Shown: piece after piece, positions 39,685-53,055 of the stretch | Position numbering within the stretch: position 1 is the first letter of the stretch | Layout of the letters: each line of letters begins with the position of its first letter | Source of the DNA: Epiperipatus broadwayi | Taxonomy: Eukaryota > Animalia > Onychophora | Length of the DNA stretch: 64,000 nucleotides | NCBI GenBank assembly: GCA_028023455.1 | Contig: JAQFVV010000002.1 | Coordinates: 3,968,001-4,032,000 of the forward strand | Direction of reading: 5' to 3' | The notes under the pieces: generated by a model | Databases searched by the model: none | What the model was told of the DNA's origin: nothing | Seen by the model: the letters and a program-made list of their open reading frames with translations, nothing else | Program-made: the position numbers and the translations under genes

Positions 39685-39984
39685 AACCACTAAACATCAC
39701 ATGATCACTATCTCATATTAGCACATAATTGTTATTAAACAAGGCAAAACTCTCTCCATACAGTAGTGCCACCCAGTGCCAATCAGAGCAATCCTAAGAT
39801 CTAGGTGCAGTGCTCACAGATCCAAGGCTCCTCACTGATGATGGCCACAAGCCAGAAACTAGTCTGGGGATATTGGATGAGTAGGCATTAGATAGGGATT
39901 TTATGCACAAGCTTTCTGGCATCAATTGATTATTCTGATTGGCACAAGATGGCACTACTGTATGGAGAGAGTTTTGCCTTGTTT
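39685..39984. mobile_element. Family A insertion with inverted arms and intact hammerhead
   Basis: 39685-39792 antisense plus 39793-39984 sense; exact TSD aatatttgatatta at 39671-39684 and 39985-39998. Confidence 0.88.
39820..39878 (+). ncRNA. Type I hammerhead ribozyme, family A, intact core
   Basis: AUCCAAggcUCCUCA-CUGAUGA-UGGC cacaa GCCA-GAAA-CUAGUC|UGGGGAuaUUGGAU. Canonical CUGAUGA (39835-39841) and GAAA (39855-39858), 4-bp stem II, palindromic ACUAGU stem III, GUC triplet (cleavage after 39864), bipartite stem I (UCCUCA/UGGGGA and AUCCAA/UUGGAU). Confidence 0.9.
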
Positions 39985-40527
39985 AATATTTGATATTATA
40001 TGAATATACAAGTGTAAATATATTAATAAATAAATAAAAAAGAGGTGATTTTTGTAAAAGTGAAATTTGTTAGAGCTGATAAATTTGAGAAGTGTAAAAA
40101 TATTTTATCATTAGAAATGTAAATAGATGAGGGTAAATAAATACAATAAGAATAAGAAAAATTAGAAAAACAGGGCTTATTATTAAAATGGATATTTTGA
40201 AAAAATGAAAGAATATACGTATATAGTTAGAAATAAAAATGGATACATGTCATAGCATACTTAGTTAATGGAAGTAAGATTATATAACAAAAAGTTGGAA
40301 TAAAAATATTTGAGAATGTTTATATAAAGATATAAATGACTTTAACGGAATAATTGTAAAATATTGTTTGCAACTGATAGGAATAGTCATATTTATAAAA
40401 TTAATGAAATAAAGAATATGAGAGTACCATAATAAAAAAGGTTTACAATGAAAATTTAACATCTTAGTAAAGTTGTATGTGGACAAAATTAAATGTTTTT
40501 GAAGGATTATGTACATTTTATAATATA

Positions 40528-40661
40528 ACCAGCCAGAAATTAGTCTGGGGGTATTGGATGAGTAGGCACAGATGGGGATTTTATGCACAAGCCTTCTGGC
40601 ATCCATTGATTACTCTGGTTGGCACAGGGTGGCACTACTATATGGAGAGTTTTGTCTGTTT
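40528..40661 (+). mobile_element. 5'-truncated family A insertion starting inside the hammerhead
   Basis: Begins accagccagaaattagtctggggg; 13-bp TSD attttataatata at 40515-40527 and 40662-40674. Confidence 0.8.
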
Positions 40662-40699
40662 ATTTTATAATATAGTTGACAGAGATAAAAGAAAAAAAC

Positions 40700-42340
40700 T
40701 TAATGTCAATCATCATCATCCCCATTGAATATTTACAACCAATGAATTCACATTAACAATAGTCTAAACAACTATAAATAGAACATGAGAGAATCATCAT
40801 AGAATAAAATAAATGATTACAACATTTATGAGTTACATAATCAGCATTAAACATGAATAATCAATCTTTATTCCTTGTGACTGAATATAAAAGAAATTCA
40901 ATGTCAAGATGTAAGCCTATTATCTAACTAATGCCAAACATTGAGCATAATATAAAATGATCATTTATGTCCATATATTTAAGTGCTAAACTGCCTATCA
41001 TGATAAAAAATGCTGGGATACAGGTACATGCTAATCATCATTAGTGTTCTCACCATATGAAGTCATGAGTATATAGACCATGTATAATCTACTTTCCAAT
41101 CTGTATAATTAAAGTGCAATGAATAGACTTTAATGGTGTCATCTTTGTGCTATTCAAAGAACTACCTGGATATCCAAATACAGGTATATAATCTTACATT
41201 TATATAAATTAACCATTATTTCTGCTAGAGTCACCTCAGAATAACAAGGACTCCCAGGGAATATGACTTTGAACAAGAAAAATGTACATGCTTAATTTAT
41301 CTTAATTTAAATAATCTTAATGGGATAAGCTACAAATCCTTTAAAACACTATATTCTGATAAAATCAAGCCACACACTGCCAATTCACAGAACAGATATC
41401 TGGAAGAATGAGGACATCACACAGCTAAAAAATTTCATAATCTATTATTTTTAACAATTTTATAAAATTAACTGATAAATAATTAAAAAATCAGAAGAAA
41501 TATACTAATATAACATTTTGTATAAAAAAGTATAATTTTCATATAGCAAATAAGAATAATCTTTTGATTTTTAGTATTAAATTAATTACCATTAACCTTA
41601 TCAGAGTGTAATATTTACCTTTTCAATGATTAAAACTGGAAAACATTTTACAGTAACCAATAAAAATTTAAAATTAGTTAAAACATTTTCTCTCTTTTTA
41701 ATATTAAAATCTGAAATACCACATTATACAATAGAAGGTAAAAAATAAAAATTTAAGATTAGATAAACATTTCTTCCACTTTTTTTATGAGATAGGAAAG
41801 TCCAAACACTTTTACACTTTTGGATGGAAAATAAAATATATAAAAACATGTTTCAACAACATCATCAGCAACAAAAAACAAATTAAAAATATTTTTTACT
41901 ATCAATTCTTACTTATGTTAAAAAAGTTATACTAAAAATTGATTTGTAAATGTAGATGTGAATACTGTAAAACATTATTTCCATGGATTCTATTCTATTA
42001 GATATTTTGTAGTTATAATTTGAAGTTCATTTTCAGATCAGATTCTCTTTCTGGTTTTTTTCAAATGTTCAGATTCAAACTATAATAATAATTTCAAAGG
42101 TCAATTAACACAAGTTGAATTTATCCAATATTTTTCATTAAAAGTTTTCTATTAACTTCTTGTTCTAGCTTCAGGTTTTCATTTTATAATTTAAGATTAA
42201 CACAGATTTCCAGTCCAGGTTTACACAAGATAACTGAATTCATTCTACAATATTATAATTTTCAAATTGATAAACACAGACTGAGACAGCCATGATTTGG
42301 GATGGTCACCCTCTTCTACATTTTCTTTAGTGAACAGGAT
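40700..42340 (+). repeat. Diverged direct repeat, copy 1 (copy 2 at 46250-47730)
   Basis: Colinear shared blocks from atgtcaatcatcatcat to acagactgag...ctacatttt. Confidence 0.8.
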
Positions 42341-43199
42341 TCATAGAGGATTGGTGATGGCCTGCTTTTAGCTAAACCTTAGCACATGATTTTCTTTACT
42401 TCTCATTTCAAACAACAAGCAGCTAGCAGTGATGTTAGATTTACTTCAGACTGTAAACTTAACATCTTACCATTCTCTACTGCTGCTTGTTTTCCAATAG
42501 CTGGATCAAGAATGCTATTTCTGTTTTCTTATCAACAGTGGGATCAAGAATAATTGTTAATGATCAAATACTGAAATTCATTTTCTTCATTGTGCTCCCT
42601 ATCTTATTTTTTGAATTCTTGTTATTCATTCAATCACACACTATCTCAAAAATTGTAGCATTAAATCCTGACCAATATTTCTGTTTTTACAAAAAGATTA
42701 TTTTCCTCTTTTAATAAATTAAAAAATAGTTATTTTTTTCTTTTCCTTCATAAGTAGCTGAAACAGGATTAATTATTTAACTACACTTTACTTTGAAAAA
42801 CATTACATTTTTTGGACAGAGAAATCAATATTAAATATTTGAGAACTATTTCCAAGAAGAATGGTAAACCTTAAGAAAAAAAACTTTAATTCCTTCCCTC
42901 TTTCCCTTTCAAAAGTATCAAATTAATGTAAAATTACCAAAGAGATAAAAAATATTTTATTTTATATATATTTTGTATAACTGCTCCTATATATTTATAT
43001 TCTTATTTAAAATGTTTGCCATTCTCATATTATCAATTAAAGAATGTAACTCTTTCAATAAGTTACTAATTGTTATTCTAAACAAAACATGAGAAGAAAT
43101 AATTCTTCTCATTTCTTTTCACCTAAATGAAAATAAAGTGATTAATCTAGAAGAAAAAATATTTCATTCTGAATACATGACTATTAATCATTTTCATAT

Positions 43200-44400
43200 T
43201 TGTCTATTAATTATAAGTAATAACTCTACTATTAATGTTTTTCTTTTGGATTAAATCTGGCAAGCTGGGCACCATATATGTCCTTTAATATGGAAGCATT
43301 ATTCCCTTGTTGCTATACAATGCAATACAGATATTCAGGTAAATTTTCCAGTCTAAGAATAACTGGATATTGAATATCACCTTGCCTGAATTTGAGTCAG
43401 ATTGAAATAGGATGACAGTGCACTCCTATTCAGATTGTCTCCACTGTTAATTCTGTGGATATCTCTTACTACCTTTGAACTATTACTGCATTGTTTCTAC
43501 TTTTTCTTTTGTGGATTAGATCTATTGCTTCTCTTGACCAATATGCTATTTGTATAAGCCTTATTCCATGTTTTTTGTGGTATTTCATCTTCAATGTTGA
43601 AGAAATCAAAATATGTTTTTTCTATATCTTGAATTTTCTGGTTCATGTCCAAAGAATTCAACAATTAAGTTACTTGTATAAATTTTTTTTGTCAGCATAC
43701 ATAATCATTTGTTCTCAACTACATGGCAAATTTAATCTGATAATTCATATTATCTGACCACATAGTAGAGTCCAGGTGGTCAAGGCTTTCAACTATGAAA
43801 CCTTGCATTAAAAAACAGTATAGGCTTTCACAGTGCATAACATATATCTTTCTTGTTACACCTGATATTGGAGACTATTCAAACAATTTTAATCTAGTAT
43901 TCATACAATACATCCTCTTTGTATCACTGAAGTTTTTATTGTTTTTTTTTTTTTGGAAATTGATTTTCACCAATAATTTACTGATCCCTAAACATGAGCA
44001 CAGTTCAGTGCCATTTCATGCAACTCCTCCAGTTTATTTAATTAAAAGCAGTTTTCTAGATTGTCAAGGTGTTTTATAGGTGTTTCCCCATCACTCTTGA
44101 ATACCTTTATTTTAAGGAAGTTTTTGACATCTCCTGAATAGGACTCTGGTTCTCAGTGATTTGCTTCCTCCTTATAGCACTAATCACTATCTTTACCTGG
44201 TTTATGAACATTCCTTAATATTAATTTTTCCCATTGGTAATATATTCATATGAAACATATATTTCTCAATTTTTATTTGCCTCAAATTTTCACTTAACTA
44301 TTCCTGTGCTATGCTCTTGCCATTTGTGACTCCCCATTTTTTTTAACTTGCTATTTTTCAGATTCCTGTTTAATCCTTGATACTTTAATCTGAACTTGTT
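43200..44400 (-). pseudogene. Heavily decayed non-LTR (LINE) RT remnant
   Basis: By-eye fragments such as RDIHRINSG...SALSSYFNL (cf. GVRQG.ALSPLLFNL) at ~43400-43480; many stops and frameshifts. Confidence 0.35.
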
Positions 44401-46249
44401 CTATTACTTTTTCTTTCACTTGTAAATTCCAATGATATATCCTCTCTATCATTTGATCTATCTTTTCAGCTTCATCATGTATCACAGTCTGCACTTGATG
44501 TATATCATTTTTAATTTTTTGTCCTAGTCTTTTTTAACTTCATCCATTTTCATCACCATTTTTATTAATTTCTTCCCTTTTATGATTAATTTTTTTTATG
44601 TTAACTGATGTCTCTTGATTGCTTTCTATTTTACTCAAGTAATATTTTGGAGAGCTTCCTGCTGCCCTTTCTTCTTAGATAGATTTCTTCTCTTATTAAT
44701 ATTTTGCATTGTTTGGTATTATTCTGGATATCTTCCTAAAGGCTGTAGTTCATTTTTAGATTGTCAATGTTTTTTTCTGAATGATTTCCTTTATTTTCTT
44801 TAGTTGCATTTCTTCTCTTTCTGTTTTTTTATAGTTACCCTCTTTTTCCTGTTGATTGCTTTCTTTCATTTTTTAAAGCAGCATCTGACTTTTGCTGACT
44901 GCTTTCTTCTATATTTAGCAGCATTTTTTCCTTTTGCTGATTGCTTTCTTCTACTTTCATTACTAGTATGTTACTTTCTTCTGCTCTCTTTTAATATTTT
45001 CTTTTTTTTATTGATTACTTTCTTTCATTTCTCTTTGTATTTCTTCTATTCTCTCTTATTTATACTCATCATTTTGCTGATTGCATTTTTTTTATTTCTT
45101 TAGTCAACTCCTCTATTTTCTGGGTTCCTTCTGTCACTTGCTGATCTTTATTGATCATGTTCTTTCTCCATTGTATTTAGTTTCATCCTTGTCAGCATAT
45201 ATTTTATAATGAAATTATTTTAATCTCACAGAATTGTATTCATCTATTTTTATTTTTATAACAACAAATATAATTTACAAAGAATACTGTTAACTTAAAG
45301 TATTTTACAAATAATCCTCTCTCCCTTCCCCTTTATGCAACATTTTACAATTACCTAATACCGCTGATATATCTCTCTTGGAATCTGACTGTCTCAATAT
45401 ATGATTTCTTTATGTAATCTATTTCCCTTTGTTTTATTCTTTATTTTAATCCTGCCAATGTATGAGTGATGGATTTCATTATACATTAATATTTTTTAGG
45501 AATGTGTTCATACACAACATAAACTTCTTATAACAAACCATTTTCTCAAAATCTTTTTCCAGAGATCTGACTGAAATCTGTCCGCAAAAAATGAATAGTG
45601 ACTGCAATTTTGGAATAGATGAAGAATATAATATCTGAACTATAAGTATCAATGCACTGTGAACACAAGAATGATTATCTCAATTTAAACACTGTAAGAT
45701 ACTTGTAACCCTAAATGTAAGTAAGGCGAAAATTCTTGCTTATTTAAGTTTTACAAAATTTTAAAATTATGCCTTGTATCTTTTCTTTGAGACATAGAGG
45801 CTGGGATTCAAGGCATAGGGCTTTGTTAATTATCCATAATAAACAACTGAAAATATAAAAAAATCAAAAAATTAAAATATAGTGTTAAAATAGAACACTA
45901 TATTGAGCTGCATAAAAATATTTCATCATTAAGCCAATAACAAAGTCTTACTGAAAGTATAGCTAAACAAACTTCAACAGTCAAAATCTCAATGCAATTT
46001 CCAAAAATCATGTTTTGTTTTTCTATTCTACTTTACATATGAACTCTCTTTAAATATATATTAAAATACCTATTTTATAATCTATAAATCAAATTACTTT
46101 GAATAAACAAATCATTTCTCAAATGTAATTATAATGGAGCTTCAAGTTATGTGGTCATTTATAAAATTGGTCACTAAAACTTGATCATCATTGGGCAAAT
46201 ATTGGGTTATCATTTTTAATAGCACAAATTAGTAAAATATTAGTGTGGG

Positions 46250-47730
46250 AAGATGTCAATCATCATCATATCCACTGAATAGTTCCAATCAATGAATTAA
46301 CATTGACAATAGTCATTAACATTTATAAAAGGAACATGAGAGAATCAGCAAAAAATAAGTAATTATAATAATTATGAGTTACATCACCAGCATTAAACAT
46401 GAATAATTGACAGACATTCTTTGTGACTGAGTCTAAAAAAGATTCAATGTCTAGATGTAGGCCACTTGTCTAACCAATACCAAACTTAGAGCATAAAATA
46501 AAATCATATGTGTGCATAGTCCATCTATAAACTACTTTCCAATCTTTATAAAGTTTAGTCAATGGATTTTAAAGGGATTATTTTTGCACTATTCAGAGAT
46601 CTAACTAGATGTCCAAACAATACACATGCTACCACATTTTTATAAACTTATTTCTCTAGAACTAGCTCAGAATCACAAGAAGCCCAGGGATTATGGCTGT
46701 GGACATAAAATATAAATATACATGCTTATACTATCTTAATTTAAACAGTTTTATTGGAAACAGCTACAAATCTTTTAAAGTAGTATGCTATGATGAAATC
46801 AAGTCACGCACACTGCCAATTTATAGAACAAATAGCTGTAGACATTAACATACAACAATTTAATCTCAAAAACTAATATTTTTCAATAATTATTTAATGA
46901 AATAAACTGAAAAATAAATAAAATTTCAAGAAAAATATAAAAATATATTTTCCATAAGAAATAATTTCAAAATTTTGATTTTTATTATTTAAATTAATTA
47001 ACATTAATTTTAACACATTTCCTTTTCAATGATTATAACAGAAAAATAATTTTTCACAGTAAATAATAAAAATGTAAAATTAACTAATACCTTTTTCCTT
47101 CTTTAGTAATAATTAAATCTGAAAACATGACTTTACACAATAAAAGATAAAAAATAAAAAAATTAAGATTAATTATAACCTTCCCTTTCTTATGAAAATG
47201 GGAAAGTCAGTACATTTTTACATTTTTGGTAGGGAAAATAAAATAAGACATGTTTCAACAACAAAAAAATCAAAATTATTTTTACTATCAATTATTTATA
47301 GTAAAAAAAGTATATTAAAAATATTTGTAAATGTTAAAGTACTCACTGCAACACCTTATTACCATGAATTTCATTCTTTTAATTGTTTTGTAATTATAAT
47401 TTCAGGTCTCTTCAGGTCAGCTTTTCCTTCTGAGTTCTTCAAATGTTTAGATTAAAACTATAATAATAATTTCCAAAGTAGATTAACACAAGTTGAATTT
47501 ATCCATTATTTTCATTAAAGTTTTACATTAACCTCTTGTTGTAGCTTCACACTTTTAGATTAACATAGATTCCCAGGTCAAATTAACACTAATTAAATTT
47601 ATTCATTTTATAATATAACAACTTTCAGTTGAGGTTAAGACAGACTGAGGCTATTATGCTTTTGGATGAGCACAAAGGCTTGTTACAAATTTTTTCAAGC
47701 ATTCTACATTTTGTTTCAGTAAACAGTTTA
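46250..47730 (+). repeat. Diverged direct repeat, copy 2
   Basis: Colinear with 40700-42340. Confidence 0.8.
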
Positions 47731-50110
47731 TATATTGGATTGATTATGGCCCAGCAATATTCTTCAGAACATTTATATCTCCTAACTGCTAAATTTGAAA
47801 TTTTTTGACATTTGAATTTAGCAATTAGGAGATATAAAAGTTCTGAAGAAGATTTCTGGGGCAATTGAAACTGTAAACTGTAAAAGAGGGTGGTAAATAA
47901 AGCATTGTGCAACAGTAATAAAGTGCATGGATGATTTAGTATTATATGGTATACATTTAGCAATATATTTGGCAATGAAACAGTTTGAAAAAATAACATT
48001 GCATAAAATTTCTTTGATTATTATTGGATTTATTAGATTTTAAGACAGGTATAGTTTTGTTTTCAGCTAGAGCTTTGAGAGAATATAATAATTAGCATTG
48101 GTTGCATGTTATTATTATTTTGTTTAAATTACTGTACCCATTATTATAACGAAATTTGACAATATTAAGCTTAACTTGGTGGAGTGACAAATTAACAATA
48201 TTTTCTCATTTGGAAAATTTAACCTTATGACAAAGAGATTTAAATTATTATATTCTAAAATAAACTGAAAGATAATTAGACCAGTGGCAATCCAGAATCA
48301 GAAATAACCGTATGAGGAAGAACTAAGTGGCCAAAGAGAAATAAAAGAACCGCAGTGAAAAACAAATAAATTTTAAAAAATAAATTTGACTGCTTATATT
48401 TTGAAAAGATAAAAAATGTGAATATTCTCACACATACACACATACAACTATCCAATTGAAATATTGAAGACAATTAGGCATATTATTATTATCTTTGGTT
48501 TTAAAAAAGTGCGTTTGTAAAATTTTCTAAAATTCTTTTCTTAATATAAAATATATAGGAACTTTTAGAAATCAATAAAAAGAAATAATGAAGATTTTAC
48601 CGTTCTGAAGTAATTTCCTCTCAATCTTTACAACAAACCATTTTTAAATTTATTTCAGTTGTGAGAAAATTTCTTTTGGTATTGAAATATTTTATCACAA
48701 ATTGCTTTTGATGTATTTTTTTCGTTTTAAAATTTAGAATTGATGATGTTGTCACAAAATGATAAATTATATAAAATATCATTATATTGTAACTCCATTT
48801 TTATTTATTTAGAATTATCAAGAAAAGTTAGATTATAGAAACCAGACTTAAAATTAAATAGCTATACATGTGTGAGCATCTGTTTGTATAAAATTGAAAT
48901 AAATAAACATGAAAATATATAGTTAAAATGGAGATTTGGAAAGACTAAAATTTGGGGAAAAAAAGCATATTATTATTGTTTGCTAATTATGATGAAATCT
49001 CACATATTAAATAATAATTTAATATTTATCTAAGAGCATAAAGATATTGCAATTAAAATCAAAGTACTGGATATTTGAAGTAAAGCTGTATTCACCTTTA
49101 TAAATTCGAATGCACATTACAAAAAGGCAATGTTAAAGTAAGCATTGTGATGATTTGATCTGATCAAGAGTTGTTTATGTTACGACCTATTCCAGACTAC
49201 TAAAGTTTTGATTATATATAGTATTCTGTTGTATACAGTTTGGGCATTTTTTGTAGTAAATAACAATATATATGAACCTGAATATTGTTTATGCATTCAT
49301 GCTTTGCTATTAAATGTGTGCACATAAACATATATTCTATTTTTAATAGATTAAAATAGTTTAATAAAGCACCTGAAAAATAATTCTTAATCAGATGTAA
49401 TCATAATAATTTTGACTGCAGTATTATTTTTCTGGTTTTTATTACTAGTTTTTAATGTTATTTTAAATTTCTGAAGATTCAGTAATTATTATTGTAATTT
49501 ATTCTATTACCTAATGGAGTATGTACTTTAGAAATCTAATATATTTTCAAATCCAAAACTGTTAAATGTGTAATTTATAATCATGAAAATAAACAAAAAC
49601 AAGTGTTTGATTCAGGGATCATTGAAGCAATTTTTTTTAAAAAAAAAAAACATTATAAATCAGAAACCCATTGCATTCTAATAATGCAAAAAAAAAAAAA
49701 AAGATTTTTTAAAAAATATTAATTTTCTTTAAGCTCATTGACTTTAATCAATGAATAGTTAAGAAGATAATTGTAGAAATAGCTGTAATGTTTTTAATTG
49801 AACAACTATTTATATTTTAAAACAAATTTGTTTGTTTAAAAAAACTATAAATTCAAAGCCTGCTAGCTTGAATAATCTTAAAACTCTTCACAAAAAAAAA
49901 ATATTATTATTTTATCCGCTTCAAAAAATCATTTTTATTCGCAAAAATTATTAATTTTTTTTTCTATTTTATAATTATTTAGTATCTAAATAATTCCTGC
50001 TAAAATTGTAATTTTCTGCTATATCACATGCTATTTTCAAAATCACGTGACACTATCCAAATTATAAAAGAACTGTTTGTTCTTCGGAGTTATGTATTAA
50101 AATTCAATTG

Positions 50111-50210
50111 ACTAGTCAAGCATTGGTGGTCGAGAGGTCACTGACAGCCGCTTTACAAGCAGTTGTCGCAGGTTCGCTTCCTGCTGATGCTATGACACAT
50201 GACAAAAAAA
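50111..50210 (+). mobile_element. Short tRNA-derived SINE (tRNA-like body 50120-50191)
   Basis: gcattggTGGTCGAGAGG...ttTACaa...GGTTCGCTTCC...tgatgc folds as a damaged cloverleaf; tail atgacacatgac+A-run; TSD aattcaattg (50101-50110, 50211-50220). Confidence 0.75.
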
Positions 50211-50789
50211 AATTCAATTGGCTAAAATTATGTAAAACATTCTGCATCCAAGACTTAAAAGATTGCCTAATAAATTCCTTTTACTCCTGTATTTTAAATT
50301 CATTTTCAAATATCATACTAGTAAATCTAAAAAATGAAATAGTGAAAATGAAAAATTTATTTTGAAAGAACTTAATTTTCAGTGCTATAAGCAAAAGTTT
50401 TCTTAATTATTTGTTTAATATTATATTTTATTGTTATTTTATCTTAATTAAACCTAAATTTAAAAATTTGCTTTTGAACGATATTGTATAGATGTAAACT
50501 TTTCAATTCCAGTAAACTTTGAATAAAATAAAAATTAATATTGGGTCATCAAAAATGAATAGATCAATAATCTTATGAAAAATGGACTATTTAAACACTT
50601 AGATTGGGCATTTCCATTTGAAATTTGTCTACTTAAATAACTATTAAAATGTATTCTAGCTAAAGTTTTTAATGTTCTTAAACACTGTATTAATCATATA
50701 CATATATATATTGAAAAAACATATATAAACTACATATAATATTTAAATACATGTATAATATTTATACTTTAAGCTAGATGTAATTAGGA

Positions 50790-51210
50790 GGATTTAAACC
50801 TAGACTTTCAAGTTCCCTTCAATTATCCATTTCATCTTATACAACCCATACACATGACCACATAAATGTGAAAAAAATAAATGATCTCCAATATACGTAT
50901 TTCCTACTGAACAAGCAATCATCATTTGGTCCAGATCATCATGTTCTATACATATATATAATCAGTGTTAATTTTACATTAAAATAACAAATCTTCAAAT
51001 TTTAATGAACAGACTTCATCTTTTCCACTCTTCAATTCTTAAGTCACCCATATCATTGAAAACCTGATGATGGCATGTTCAAAGCCCTTGTTTGCCAAAT
51101 TTTGTTGGGTCATAACCCTGTCAACTGTTAGCCAATCTGATCCCTCATATGTAGGACTTTAAGCCCATTTAAATGCATAGAAGATGGAGGGTCAGAATAC
51201 AGGCTGAATA
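50790..51210 (-). mobile_element. Family B copy, old and diverged
   Basis: Body motifs (ctgatgatggcatgttcaaag, atccctcatatg) and a degenerate hammerhead. Confidence 0.65.
50882..50938 (-). ncRNA. Family B hammerhead, degenerate
   Basis: Reverse complement gatctggaccaa ATGATGA ttgcttgttcagtag GAAA tacgtata ttggagatc. Confidence 0.6.
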
Positions 51211-51932
51211 TGTAATATTTAAATATATATATGTAAATAACAGAAATATATCCAAAAAATATATAAGAAACAAAAATACTTATGTGTGAAACTGCTTTCT
51301 TTAATATTTCAACCAAAGACCTCTGGTTGAAATACTAAAGATAGTAGCTTCATACATAAGTAATTTTGTTTCTTATATATACATTTGAAATATTTTAAAT
51401 AAATGAAAGTATCTGTTATAGTTTATTATGTAAAAATCTCAATCAGATGATAATAGACGGTGACCAATGAAATAATAAATTGTAACCACTTTATGAATTC
51501 AAAAGAAAATGCAGTCTCCTGTTATTATATAAAAAATTGTGTTCTACAGTAAAAATATATAGGTTTAAGAAATTGCATTTAGAAGAGGTTCCTTTTGATT
51601 CCCCTTTTGTATGCAAAAGATATTTACAGTTTACTATTTTCTCTGGTTACTGTTCATTATTATTTTACTGTAATTTTTCTATAATAAAATATAACAGATA
51701 TTGTCATGAATTTAAAAATATTTAAACTACATTTAAAAAAATTATTAATTTATAATATTGGATCACGATTGGTAAAATCTATTATAAGGAAAGTAGAGAA
51801 AATTGTGAGACTTTCTTTTCTTGAACATATATGTTTACTATAATGTTTTATCTTTATATAATAACGAATAATTGCATTTATAAGTGGTTCCCCTTGGTTC
51901 TTCTTTTGAATACAAAAAACATTTATAATTTA

Positions 51933-52286
51933 ATAACTGAAACACAGGCTTATTCTATACCTGTGTTCACATATGCAATACACAGGATATATGAGCACAG
52001 ACTCTCAGACAACCCACCACTCTCCACTCCATCTAATAACACTGATACACTCAAGCCTGTCCATTAAAGTATGAAGATTGTCTGCTTAATATATATCTGA
52101 GCACTTATGGTATAAATGTGTGTGAGATGATAATCTGGACCAACTGATGATAGCTGGTTTAATATGAAATACGTATATTGGTGATTGTTTATCTTTTCGG
52201 CATATATGTGCTTGAATGTATCAGTGTTATTAGATGGAGTGGAGAGTGGTGAGTCGTCTGAGAGTCTGTGCTCATATACCCTGTGT
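51933..52286. mobile_element. Family B insertion with inverted arms
   Basis: ~51976-52052 inverted relative to ~52208-52290; 12-bp TSD atttataattta at 51921-51932 and 52287-52298. Confidence 0.85.
52131..52186 (+). ncRNA. Family B hammerhead, stem II damaged
   Basis: taatctggaccaa CTGATGA tagctggtttaatat GAAA tacgtata ttggtgatt. Confidence 0.72.
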
Positions 52287-53055
52287 ATTTATAATTTACT
52301 ATTTTCATTGGTCACTGTCTATTATCATCTGACTATGATTTTTCTTTTATAAAATATACCAAATACTTCTACATATTTAAAATTATTTTAACTATATAAT
52401 CTGTTAAAAAAATTATTAAATTATATATGTGCAAGTAAAATAAAATGTCCATTATGGAATAAATATTGTAATAAAAATAGTGAATTATAACTGTGATAAT
52501 ATATTTATTAAAACTATAACAAATCATTATTATAATTCATTATACATATATTGTAACATGATGAAAATGATGATGGTGGGGAAATGATCAATCTAATCTG
52601 AATAAAACATAGCTCAATCATTGGTCACCATTTTGTAATAAACTATTAATATGGGATGATAATATAAAAAACTTTACTATGTTTATATAGATCTAGCTTA
52701 AACATGGAATGTCATTTTATAAAAGCCCTAAAGTTGATTTGGCATTTTGTAATACTTGCCACTTGTACATGATCATCATTGGCTAGCATTGGATAGCTAC
52801 TTTGTCTCAATAATACTGGATGTTTTATCTCACTACCTCTCTACATTTGTTCAGTCAACATCTGTCATAATGAAAGGCCCTTAAGATTTATATTATTCAT
52901 CACAGAGTAAAACATGCATTAATAAATAATAACTGTTAGAATGTGCATAAAATTATCTAGCTCAGTTATTGATTACACTAGGCAATAACAATATTTTCCA
53001 TACATAAGTATTTAGATTGTTCACTACACTATCATAAAATACTAACAATATTCAC

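Larger units (their letters stand above)
51385..52392. mobile_element. MITE-like element with ~100-bp imperfect TIRs, hosting a family B insertion
   Basis: 51441-51484 is the near reverse complement of 52290-52333, extending loosely outward. Confidence 0.55.

Noticed and set aside
44615-45103. Phe/Leu-rich membrane-like ORFs
   Set aside because: Low-complexity pyrimidine-rich sequence, probably antisense of a decayed LINE.
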